The position numbers were made by a program, and so were the translations under genes. Positions 39,884-52,500 of a DNA stretch of 64,000 bases are shown piece after piece. The stretch spans positions 93,256-157,255 of the forward strand of contig MNCI01001683.1 of NCBI GenBank assembly GCA_015680685.1, given 5' to 3'. Numbering within the stretch: the first letter of the stretch is position 1; each line of letters begins with the position of its first letter. This stretch comes from Gnetum montanum (Eukaryota > Plantae > Gnetophyta). The notes under the pieces were generated by a model, which was not told the DNA's origin, ran no database searches, and saw nothing but the letters and a program-made list of their open reading frames with translations.

Positions 39884-42720
39884 TGATGAGTGATGGAGTA
39901 ATCCAACCCCCAACCATACAAGTCATAGGTGTTCATGTGCAACCATGTCATAATTCATGGATGAGGCAATGTGAATATGCTAGTAATTTGTTTATGTTTG
40001 AAACCAATCTTCCCATGTGGAGCTAGTATAGTCTATGTGTATGATTTAGCTAATAGTAAGACATACGATATGTTGATGTTGATAGCCCATTTCTCCTAGC
40101 AAATATGGTAATGTGAAAATAGCTTCTAATTCTAAGGAAAGTAGTAAATGAATCTATTCTATCCTATAGTGATGGATATATGTTCCCGATCTTCCACACA
40201 AGCCTTGGACTCACGTACTCATCACTAGGATTACAAAGTGTACCACTACTGGGCATACCATGTGATAACATTACTAGGTTACCAGATAACTACAATTAGC
40301 ACTTGAAATCAGTTGTATTCATACTACTTACTTCAACATGTAAAATAAAGCACTAGTAAAGTAAACAATTAACTAAGGAAAATAGGAACAATTAGTCTAA
40401 GTAAATAGAAAGAAAACTAAGTGGATGTTGCGATGATAATAAGCAATCTCAATCTTTATTGTTGATCATGAACTAGGGCCAAGTATAATTCACTTGAATA
40501 AAGACACTGTACAATCACTCAACACCACATTGTGGGCATACATTTCTAAGTGCTAAAGACTAAATTCATGAAAACAAACTAAAAGGCTTTTGCTACTCTT
40601 GAATGAAATCTATTGTGGATCCATGCATCTAAGTGCTATATTTATAGTCTAGCATGCATCTTGCAATATCACATATACAATGACATAGCTAGTGCTATAA
40701 TATTGGAGCTACAATATCATATATCTGATACTATAGTCCTTCAAAATTTGGTTTCATTATATACCTCCATGATTGACCGAAAATTCATCGTCAAGTTAAA
40801 ACAAAATGAGAATACAGTTTCTTATCAATTTGGGAGGTAGATTTACATGACACTAAATGTTGTAGTGGTGTTTTACAAAATTGACACAATACATGACAAG
40901 ACAACTTTGACAAAAACAAATTTTGATGAAGCTTGATGTAGCCTATGTAGTTCTTGGTGGTGGTGGCTTCTCCATTGGTTACTTTCCTTTGTCGTCAAGC
41001 ATCTAGAATTTGTATTTGTTTACAAGTGCTTGAAGTTTCTCCTCCTTCATTATAAGGTCATGCATTATTCATGCTTGTTGTGTAATGTGTGATGGAGCTA
41101 GTACATCCCATGGACATAATAGCTGCTAAAACATTTGATTGGCTAGATAGACCATGTTGTAAACTACCTTCTCTCTTCTTTAAATGCTCTGGCCTTAGCT
41201 CATAACTTGTGATAGTTAGACAATCTTTGGACCAAGTTCACTACAACATCTTTTTACCCTTAGTAGCTAGCCTTAACTACTTCTTGTTTAGAGTTTGCCA
41301 CTTGAAGTCTTTGAAAAGCATCTTTTTGATTTGTAAACTCTTTTTTGTACAATGCATATGTGGCTACTACTTATTGTTCAAGATCATTTTGGGGCTTGCC
41401 TACTATCAACATGGCCAAGTTAGTAGAACAAAGGTTAGCTAACCCCATGTATTCTTTCTGATCTACTGTCTATAGGTCTTTGTTTTTGACTTTCACTTGG
41501 TTGACATGAGCATAACTATCCAAGATCAATTGTTGGTCTAGATTTTGTGCTAATATGGAATTGATTTGGGCCTTCGCCAACTAGATCTCCTTCTCATTGA
41601 TTTTCTTATACATCCCCACCAAATCACAGAAGTGTTTCTTAAGCCTTTCATGCTTCTTAGCTTCATTCTACCATGCACTTATCTCAATATCTGATTTCTA
41701 ACTAATTGCATGTACCTCCTTCATTGAGAGGATTCTATTTTCTCTTGCTAAGTAGCTCATATCTTATTTGATCCTCATCAATTATTCTCTTAACTGCTAG
41801 ATGCTCTCCTCCAAGATATTCTTCTACTTCTCAATATTGGTCAACCTAGTGTTGTCTGTAGTGAGTTGTTTATTCTCTTCTTGTGTTGTGGGGAGTACCT
41901 TGGCATGTGCATATATCTACACTTCTACTACAAAGGCATTCCACATTGCTTTCTCCTTCTCATGTTTCATCTACTTATTCTGCTCTATTAGGCGATTCAT
42001 TTGTTCTATTCTAAATTGCCCTAGTTGGTAAGGCACAACATATTGTGTTGGACTTTTGCATTTAGCCCTTAAGGTCACAGGCTCTTCTTGTAGTCTAAGA
42101 AGTTCATTCTTTGCATGCTCTACCCTAGTCTCTACCATGACTAGCTTACCTTTAGTTATGATCAGTTTCAGCTACACTATAGTGACATCACTTGGAATGT
42201 CAAAAAGAGTTATCATCACCTATTTGATCTATAATAGTCTATCTAGCACATCCTTATGATTAGTAGGAATCATTGAGACACCAGCTAACATTTGGGCATC
42301 CCTAAATCTAGTTAGATCCACTAGTGGCATAACAAGTACTTTAAATGATTCCTTAATGTGATCCATGATTTCTTCTACATCTCTTACTGCATCCTGGTGT
42401 TGCATAACCATAACTATGACTCCTTCTCTTATTTCAAGCACCACTTGGAATAATGCGATGTTTCAAGAAATCTATTGTGATCATTAGGCCTCTCCTCCTG
42501 ATTGCAACAATATCTATCCACTTGCAAGATCTATGGAAATTGTGGGTTGAATGATACTATCAATAACTATGTAGAGGTGGGGCCTCCTCATACAGTACCC
42601 AATTGATAATCTTTACAATTTGTTACAGATGACTCATGGGTGGCTTATAATCCTATGGTGATAGTAGTGGAACTTGTTGTTGTTGTTGTTCTTGCTATTG
42701 CTATTGCTATTGACTACTAA
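39884..42720 (-). mobile_element. Element E: 3' LTR (39884-40759) plus decayed coiled-coil extra ORF, inserted into C
   Basis: Reverse complement ends ...GTATGGTTGG...CACTCATCA like LTRs C/D. CTATAAATA on minus near 40640; purine tract before the LTR; E/K-rich ORF remnants at 41000-42500. Confidence 0.6.
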
Positions 42721-42721
42721 T

Positions 42722-44566
42722 TGCCAGGTGTAGCCAGTGCATCGGCTAGTGTGTTATCAGTTCATGACATGTGTTGGACATCGATGGTCGTGAACCGCTT
42801 CAGAAGATCTTTAGCCATATCGCAGTAGGGCTGTAAATGTGCAGCCTTGCAGGCGTAGACTCCTGTGATCCGATTGATGACGAGCATCGAATCACCCCTA
42901 ATTGCCAGGTGTCGAACATCGAGTTCGCTGTTCGTACAGGGGAAGGTCAAGCGATAAGCGTGAAGACGCACATCCTTAGGTGATAGCGTAATAACTGTGA
43001 TAGCACTACCACCTATAACGGTTGAAGCTCCGTCGAAGTATAACGTTGCTTCGGGGTCTGTCAGGACAGGGCTTAAGCTATGTACATGTTTATCCGGAAA
43101 TTCAGGCTCTATGGTTGCCTGACTATCAATAGGTGATGTTATTAATTGGTCAGCTATCGCTTGGCCTTTCATAGAAGATTGGCCAATGTAATGCAGATCG
43201 AATTCTGCCGTGATAGTCTTCCAATGAGCTATTTTGCTACTTTCGTATAAGTTATGCGTAATGGCCCTAAGAATATTATTTTTACAGATGATGTTGACTT
43301 GGTTACGGAAAAGATAATGCCTACACTTCTTGAGCGTAAATACTAATGCTAAGCAGTTACGCTCTACTTCGTTGTACCTCGTTTCATACGCACATAGAGC
43401 ATGACTCAAGTAGTAGATGGGTACTTCCAACCCATCATCTCTCCTTTGACAGAGGAATGCAGCTAAGGCTACATCTGAAGTTGCGAGGTAGATATAAAAT
43501 GGTTGATCTCTTTGCAGCAGGAAAACTATTGGCAAGCATTGAAGCTCTTACTTCAAGCTGTCAAACGCATGCTGACAATCGTCCGTCCATTCGAAATTGA
43601 CCCCCTTTTTTAGCAAATGTTGCATAGGGTGTAACTTGTTGGTTAATCTCGAGATGAACCGCCTGATAAACTGTAACCTCCCTTGCAATCCGTGTAATTG
43701 CTTAAGACTTGTAGGGGGTGTCAGTTCAACAATGGCCTTGACTTTGTCAGGATCCACGCGTATGCCAATTTTTGATACCACAAAACCCAGCATACGTCCG
43801 GTTTTGGCTCCGAACACACACTTTTTTGGGTTGAGTCGGAGGTCATATTTAGAGCATCTTTTGAGGACTAACTCCAGATCCTCTGAATGATCTTCTGACT
43901 TTAGAGACTTAACAGCTATATCGTCAACATAATCATTCAGTCTCCCTATGAGGTAATCGCTAAAGATGTACGTCATGGCTCGTTGATACGTCGCTCCAGC
44001 ATTTTTTAAGCCAAAAGGCATCATGGTGTAACAAAAGGNACAATGTTAGATACCCAATCTGAGTAATCAACTATGCGAATAAAACCAGCCTGGTACAGTT
44101 TAGTGATTTCATCAAGTACTGCTAGCGCGACTTCTAGCTTGATCTTTCGTGCTTTCTGTCTGACGGCTTTGATATGGGGATCTAGGATTATGTTGTGTTG
44201 AATTAATCTTGGGTCTAGTCTCGGCATATCCACGTATGACCATGAAAACACCGTGATATTATTCTGGAGGACCTGTTTTATAGCATCATGTGCCTTTTGG
44301 TCTAGTAGAGAACTAACCTTGAGAGTTTTAGTCTCACCCCTATGCGTAACCACAGAGACCTTGTTGAGTGGATCTTTGGTTATATCTCCAGCTTCCAGAT
44401 CTAGCGTGCGCGTCGATTGCTCTGGCCAATCTGGAGATGTTTCTGACGTGGCTATGATTGCGTCATTAAGGGCTAGGTTAGTTTCTATTAGTGTGGGATC
44501 AAGCTGTCTAATGATTTCACCGTGTAAGCTTGTTAAAACTAGCGGTGCAGATAAAATTTCGTCCAT
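42722..44566 (-). pseudogene. pol: pol (RT-RH-aRH), family B, truncated
   Basis: MPFGLKNAGATYQR, YVDD, YLATSD, LYFDGAS, RGDS. An N at 44039 coincides with missing RT sequence. Confidence 0.92.
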
Positions 44567-45063
44567 CTGTCAATTATCCTACAAAATTGTCAAATACAAG
44601 AGTAATTAGAAAGATACTAAGTTTGATGCGATAAGTGTTTAATGAATAACGCTTAGTTTAGTGTACAGGACGTGACGTGACGTTACTGAGCGTAAGGCTA
44701 ACTGAATTTTAAATTTTGCAAATAGCCTATAATTAATGAGACCTGATTACGAGGAAATAAGATACAGTAGTTTAGGGTCGTTTTGGACCGTAATGCATGC
44801 GATATCTGACGCAATTAATGCCTTGATCCTCGGGTTCCAGCTCATACTGACACTAGCATTTGGGCAAGTCTCGCTGAAATCAGGTATTAAGTCGATTAAA
44901 TTTTGCATATAAGTAAGCAGTTTTTATTTAGAACAGGTTGTTTGCCATCGCGAATTTAAATTCTTAGTTGTTACAGAGAGAAAGGAGGAGGAGCAGAAGA
45001 TTGGAGTGCGTCATTTGTAAAGGCGTAAAGGTGCGAAAGTGTTAAGGTGTTAGAACTATAACA

Positions 45064-48000
45064 ATGGCGTCTAAAGTGAGAGGGAAGAACGTGAAATTGG
45101 CCAAGATTGACGAGGTGCAAGGGAACCTGTAGCGTGTTTCGCAGGTAGTGGTCGAAGTGAGAGACCCTACGCCTTTGAATCGGTAGGCCATCCTTTGCTT
45201 ATTTGTGTTACTTTTGCAGTGTTTATTCTTGTAGCGTCGTCTAGGTAAATTAAAATTTTAGATTATAGACCTCGTGTTAACATGAGGGTTTATACACTAG
45301 GATTGCGTCTATCGCCGTTGTCAGGGACAAACCTTGTACTGTTGCAAGCGTTTAGGCGATTTCGGCATGAATAGCTAAGCGTAATCTGTAGATTTTCTGT
45401 ATTTTAAGCATGTAAATCTGAATTTAGACATTGATGTGTTTATTATTTTCTTTGTACAGTATCATGTTAAAACCCATCTTAATCGTCTTAGACATAGTCG
45501 GGGTTTTATGTTGTATAAACCCGATCGTACGTAATGTTCCTTCCCCTCAGACTCGGTTGCATGGGAGGGCCATATGGTTCCGAAAGGGTGCGCTGGAGTT
45601 TCTGCAGTTTTTACTGCGTAACTACAGCATTATTGTATGGTCACACCTGTCGGGAGATATTGCTGGCGCCATTTTGAAACACCTGTTAGTGGGTTCTATG
45701 GAGGGAATTCTGGCTTTCTTAACAGACGGGGCTATCGACACTGGTCGTCCCCAGGACCGCGAACTTAGCACCAGAGGGTTGAGGTGCTTAAGTTGGATTT
45801 GGGAAATGGCTCAGTTTAGCTGTTACCACACATACAACACTTTGTTCGTGGCCTGTCATGTCTTGACTTACTTCCAGAACCCACCAGGCACAGTGTATTA
45901 TTTAGGGGGGTAAGTGGTTTTATTGGCGGTATTGTCATTATATGTCTATTGTCTGGGTGTTGTAAAGCGTAAGATAAGCATATGTGGTATGGTACAGGTT
46001 TTTTATCCATGAGAACAAGTTAGTAGGTGATAATGATACATTAACTTGGACCGAAACGACAATAAAGGCGTTTACCTCGACTAGCAATGTACGCGCTGGT
46101 GTGATGGGGCAGACTGGGTTCGACATTCATGAGTACCCCACCCATTATGCTGATGCTTTCCAGAATTGCCAGAATCTCGGGTGGTTACATGAAGAATGAG
46201 CTTTGGATCCGCCCCTTGACGCTGCAAACGTGCAAAGGAAACTTCCTTCATTTCCTTTGCCATTTGGACCTGGTAAAGTTACTGTATATTCTATGGTTGC
46301 ATAGCGTAATTGTGAATCGTGAATGTTGCGCAATAGTGTTTTTGGACATGTGTCTTGCATTGTTCAGTCAGGGAATCCCAGGAGATTACCCTTACAATTT
46401 CCGGCCGCGAGGCGAATACCCTCCTCTTTCGCTACGACGACATCAAGGAAGCACAACGTTGGCTCGGCCATGCTGCGGCCCCGGTTGCGTTGGTTACCAA
46501 GTTGCGGGAAGCGAGGCTAATGCACTTATTTTTGGCCGTAACCCTGATGTCCCTGCCAGTAAAATGTTAACCCTGGTCAACTCCTTCAGTGAAAGGGCTG
46601 AGCGCTTTTGCACGCACGTGCATCACGTACGTGTAAATTTTGATATTGATGCTCAACTTTTTGTAGACCTTTTCGGCGTCCCCTCTGATGGCCTTCCCAT
46701 AGAGGAAAAGGCGAAGAGGAGCCTCTCCTGTCAAGAGTGGCTGGAGGAGTGGTTAGGGGCCAAGAAGGAGGCTAAGGGGATCCCTTGTGAGAAGATCAAA
46801 CTAGAGATCGCCAAGACGATTTATCCCCTGTTCTGGGCCCAAGCTTTCCCCAAGACACTCTCGCAGGGGAGGTTCTTTACCATAGAACAGACCCGTATCA
46901 TGCAGGAGGTTATGGAGGAAGGGACCCAGTTTGACTGGGCAAGCTACTTTGCTGAGGGGTTACGCACTAAAATGATCAGGCTTCGCCAGAAGCTTGATTC
47001 TCATTTCAACGTGCATTTCGCCTTCTTCATAGCTTGCCTTCGGCGTTTTACCAAATTTTTGGTTATGCAAAGGAATGGGGTCTGGGTGTAGCAAGACCGA
47101 GACCAGCTATCCAAGCCTTGGATTACCAACATTTTCGGCACTACCCAAGGATAGGATCCTCCAGAGGGGATTGGCGGATCTCTATCTATAACGACCAGGG
47201 ATTTGGTGGCGTCTCGAGTGCGAGGCACTGACAGTGTAGGCGAGGTGATTCCCACTTACACTGGCGATGCCTCGCGAGGGAAATGCTTGGCGGCTCAAAC
47301 TGTAGAGCCTTCGGCTCGGCAAGAGGAGACCCCAGCTGCTAGGATAAGCGACGCACAAACTCTTGTGCGTGAGGAGACGGAGGAGGCGGAAGATGTTGAC
47401 GCACTCCCCACTGTAATGGGCAGGGGTATGGAGTGTGTTAGAAATTTTAAGGGATTTTGTTAGTAATTAGAAATTTTAACTAAATTACGCTACAGGTGAA
47501 GAAGATGCATCCACGTCCGCCGTTGTGAGTAGAGCGTGGAGAGAATTTCCTGACAAGTTTGCCTTCATGGAAGGCGTTGTCAGTGATATAATCGAGCGTC
47601 TCGAGCGCGTCGATCTTGAGGCTGGTATGTTACAGCTGTAATAGGCTTATTTTATCATAAAGTGGTAATGTTTTATTTATATTGATAATGTTTTCCATCA
47701 GGAGCTCGCCTTCGATGGGATCCAACGGAGCCCATTGATTTGGACACAATGGAGCCTCCATCTAATGGGGCGGTCATGCCACGCAACATTTATGAGGAGA
47801 TGCGTAAATGTGCGTTACGCTTGACTCGCTCCTTGTGGGAGAGCAAAAATGTTAATGAAGAGCTCTGGAAAAGGTTGCAGAGGTCAGAGAGGGAAAAGGA
47901 GTCTCTGGCCAAAGAGGTCGAAGACTTAAAATCGCGATGCAAGTTCCTGCAGGCGGGGGAAACAGGTGAGGAGGACTGGCGCACAGTTGTTATTGACTAC

Positions 48001-48844
48001 TGCTGCTACTGGACTGCAGTTAGGAACAGTCTGCAAACCAGTCGGGTGTTGGTGGAGCAGCGGATGCAGATAGAGCTATTATCTCAGAAAAGCCAAGACT
48101 AGAAGGATTTCTGCGCAAGCGTGCAAGAGTGGGGGCAGAAAGAAAAGGATCACAAGCATTTGTATAAGTGAGAATGTCTCGCTTATCGTCAGCATTACCG
48201 TGATTTTGCCATCGAAGCTCAATCCTTGCGGGTATTCCTTGATGTCATTGGCGCATCCAAAGCTTTCGAGAAATTTCAGGAGTAGGTGACAGTAAGTGCG
48301 TCCCCGAAAAGAGAGAATACTCTTCCTGGGGGCGAGACTACTGTCCCTACTTTCTTCCCTGAACCGCCTCGCTGGACTAGTGTGGAAAAGGGGAAAGTGA
48401 AAGATGGAACTGCTCTGGGGAATTGCGTATGGTCTGAATTAACTGAAGATAAAATTATGCAGTGCCTATGGGTCGGTTTAGAAAAGCTCCCCTTTGCTGT
48501 GGAAGCAGGACCGTCGCGAATAAGTTTAAACATTATTGAATCTAAATTTTCTGATTATGGTGTCAAGTCTTTGCTAATGTATTTACTGTATACAGGTATA
48601 AGAATTAGAGGGAGAAGGCGAACAGGGTGAGGAACCAGCACAAGAAGAGGAGCGTAATAGCAAAGAGCGTCCTCTTGTGGAGCCGACGTTGGAGCAAGGG
48701 CCTCGTGGGGATGGCATTCCTCATGAAGCAATATCTTCTAAGAAGGACGACCCACTTGAGGATGAATTATTAGGCTTGCAGCCTAACCTAAGGGATACGG
48801 GTGACAAGCACCAAGGGGGATGCGTAACTGTAACTTACACATGA
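45064..48844 (+). pseudogene. Seven-exon antisense extra gene of family B: FCP1/NIF-like + PMD-like + coiled coil (~1030 codons; several stops and one frameshift in this copy)
   Basis: ATG in AACAATGGC context. Exons 45064-45182, 45460-45909, 45998-46272, 46368-47425, 47496-47624, 47702-48519 and 48596-48844 are all phase-compatible. Five GT-AG introns; the sixth donor reads ATAAGT. C-terminal half is homologous to 4043-5617. Confidence 0.8.
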
Positions 48845-49020
48845 TTTTATTGATTGGAATTGAATAATGGTTATATGAATGTTGAAAAGACTGGCATTAA
48901 GATCTTCTGTATGGTTTTAAATGCTATTTATTTTATTTTAGTTTTATGTCTTTATTTGCAACGCGTAAGTGTAGTTGTTAAAGGTTTTGAATAAGTTACG
49001 TTGTTGTTAAATGGAATTGC

Positions 49021-49180
49021 TAGTTTAAGGCCATCGCGGCCCATCGTGTAACATTTGCGTAAGATACCAGGGAATTAGTTTTAGGCCGTTGCGAGCCTTT
49101 GCTAGTTTAAGGCCATTGCAGGTCGTCACTAGTTTTAGGCCATTGCGGGCCATCACTAGTTTTAGGCCGTTGCGGGCCAT
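49021..49180. repeat. 27-bp tandem repeat (TAGTTT(A/T)AGGCCRTTGCG...)
   Basis: About five units, visible as the repeated peptide ARNGLKL in shadow ORF 49025-49216. Confidence 0.8.
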
Positions 49181-49595
49181 CTGCGTAAGTCTGGAAGTAT
49201 AATAGATAGTGTACATTTCTGCGGAATTGAGCTAATGTGACTAATAGCAATCAAAGAGCGTAAATTGCGTAAAAATGAGGAATGTAAATAGAGTAATAGA
49301 AGGAAAGCGTAAATACATGTACACAAAAAACTGTTAATCGAATTCGATAAGCGTAAGCGGAAAACTAGTGGAAGCGTAGCGATGCGCGTAAATGTCATTC
49401 AGATCAATCGCTAATTCGCAATTGTTTCTTGATGGCCTTCATGTTTAGCGATGCGTAAGGGCAGGGAGACTTGCTGCCTGACTCTTCCATACCACCATCC
49501 TGAAATGGCAAGTTGGCCTAGGCTAGACTGTCATCATTCGTTTTGATTTGTTCAGGGATTTGGGGATAGGTCTGATCATTGGATGTTTCTATCTC

Positions 49596-52500
49596 TTAAC
49601 CCCGTTCTTCTTCGATATTGTTGACAGTCCTGGGGGTTGTTTTGTCATCGCGTATTACAACCTCTCCCCCTACGTAAGGTAGGTGTATTTCCTGGTGTAT
49701 TGGTGATGAAACCTCCCTCAGTTGGGCTAACCAGGACCTCCCTAGAATTAAGTTGAACCTGGGCATCTCCTCGACGACAAGGAATGTAGTGTCCATTGGG
49801 AATTGATCCCCTGCCACAAATTCGATGCGCACCGTCCCCTTTACCTGAACCCGTGCTTCGTTGAATGACTTTACGCACGTTATCATTGTGGGACTGATCT
49901 GGTCGACCAAACCCAACCTATCCACGATGGGATAAGGAATGACATTTGTAGCTGCGTCGTCGTCCACGTGCACCCTCCGGATTCGATATTGACCAACCCG
50001 GATGGTGATAAACATGGGTTCAGTTGTCACTTGACCTTTCTCAGGATCATCTTTGATGGATTCGTCATGAAAGGTCAACGAGGTAGGTTTAGGTCGCTCA
50101 GCGTCAGAGGGAAACATGACAGTGTGTATCACTTCCTCCTTTGTTGGTAAGCTTTCCTCCACAAGTATGGATGTCAGCATGCGGACCATGGCCTCACGGT
50201 GTTTTTGAGACGTCATGAGCAGGTCATAGAGGCTTAGTGTTATTTTTTTTGTTTCAGAGCCTATTTGACCTGCATAAACACGTCGAGAAGATCCCATTCT
50301 TTACTGGCTTATTTGTCCCCTCTATCTTCTTCCATTCGCCCTAAGAGACGGATCTCCCTGGGTGGAACGGCGTCAGTCGGGGAGTTGTTCTTTTTCCTGC
50401 TGAAGGGAGGTGGCTATGTTTCTGCATCCTTGTCCTGCCCATGAGGTGCGGGTGAAGGTATAGAGGCCAGGGGCTTGGGCTTAGTGAAGTCTAGCATAAG
50501 GTGATTTTTTGCAGCATTACTAGACGCATCCTCTTCCTTTTGTTTATTAGGTGATGGTTGGTGATTTGTGTTAGAGGCTTGCCCTTGCGTAAAAGGGGCA
50601 ACCAGTGATTTTGGTACCCTGAGAGTGAAAGGTGCCTTAGGTGTGGGCGTGGACATAGCCGTGGCTTTATTGTTACTGGGAGGCTGAGTTAAATCTGGAG
50701 AAGGCGCCCGAATGATGAAGGGTGGCCTTAAGACACCACTAGCTGCTGGTGAAAAGCTTGTCCCCCATGGTGAATTGGTAGGCACGCATAAAACAAAAGG
50801 TTGTTTTGGCGGTACCTTCCTTTCACTGTCCATAGTCACCACGTTGATTGTGTAGGGTGTGTTGTTTGCATTCAATGGATCCTTGTACACATGCAACGCG
50901 TGGTTTTCCGGACGTGTTGGACTACTGCCGTCTAGTTTCAAAGAGCCATCATCGATCATGAGTTGAATGTCATCTTTCAACGCCCAGCAGTAATCTGTGT
51001 CCTGACCACACAACTGGTGGTAGTCACAGAAATAGTCCAGCTTGAAAGACCTCGGAACTGGTGGTTCGTCAGGTAGGGCTAAAGAAGGATTCTTCAGCAG
51101 TTCACAATGACGCTTGTGACGCTTCAGAGCTTCCTCGGATACCTTCTTAGTTTGAATGTATCCTGCCCCTAATAATTATTTCAACAGTTCCGAATGTTTT
51201 ACAGGCAGGGCTGTATACTTTGAGCGATCTTTACGCTCAAAGTTTGGTTTTGGCTGGGGGGCTTTTCAGTGGCAGATGTGTCTTGGCTGGTGCTGCTCGC
51301 ACTAGTCGTGGTCTCGGGTGATGCCGTAGGTGCCTTCTTATTTTTGTTCTTAGCGCCTTTAGCCAGTGCAACTACCATCGTTGTTGTTGTTTTACCTTTA
51401 TCCTTGCCCTTGTTGTTAGCGTCTTTGCTAGCCTTCGCAACATCTTGGATGCTTTTAGTCTGGGCGAAGGCCTGATGTAAGGAGCTAGGGGAGAGGTAGT
51501 ACAACTTAGACTTGATGAAGTCATTGACTGCTCCCTTGAAGATGGCCAGTAAATGGGCCTCCGCGATTGGCTCACGGATTTCATTCAAAGTAGCACTCCA
51601 TCGCTGTATGAACTTTTGGACTGGTTCGAGCGGGTCTTGTTTCACTCCCATAAGCTGATCTAATGTGACCTCCGGCTTTAGGTTGTATTTAAAGCGAGTC
51701 ACGAACTGTGTTAGGAGCTCTTCCAAGGTTGAGATGGAAGAGCGAGGGAGGGCTCGATACCAATCTAAAGCTTTCCCTACCAGAGACATCGCAAAGACAC
51801 GGATGATTGTGTGAGGCCACTGCTGTAACAACAAGGATTCGGATCTGAAGGTAACCAGGTGAGCATTGGGATCTCCCTCCCCATTATATTTAGTGAAATG
51901 GGGTAAGGACATCCCCACTGGCAACGACAGCATGGGGACTGCTGGACTAATAGGATCATCTTGATAGAAATCCATGATCTGTATAGTGTCTGAGCCAGCG
52001 GCCTTAAGGCATCTAACCTCCTCAGTGAGGGTCTGAATGAGTAAGAAAGCTTGATCTAAGCCTGTTGATGAAGATGTTTGCGCAGGAGGAATAGGGGGTT
52101 GAACTGGGAGAGCAGTGCTAGGGAGTGGAAATGGAGGAATGGCTTGACTGGCAGGTGGTGCAGTGGAGATCCCCGTAGATGAAGCTGCCTGCGAAGACCA
52201 CCACCCATCGGGTTGAGCAGAGAGATTAGCTGCCGCCGGCTGCACGGGATAGGGATAAGGATATTGTGGGACCATCTACGGAATATGCGTTGCGAGTGCA
52301 ACTGAGGGTTGCACGCCATATACCGCATACTGGTTATGTTGTGCCATGGGGATGATCCACTGACGCGCGGTGGGCTATTGGACGGATGTCTGTGGCTGAA
52401 CGACGGCTGTGATCTGTTGGCTTGGAGGGGGCGGGAACGATAAAGTTTGTGCTAGATTTTGCACCGGGCAAGTTGTAGGTATGGCATGGGGTTGGATCTA

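Noticed and set aside
44030-44045. Apparent RT deletion in family B
   Set aside because: It coincides with an N at 44039, so it is most likely an assembly gap.
49021-49180. CRISPR-like array
   Set aside because: Degenerate tandem units without unique spacers, in a eukaryotic TE context.
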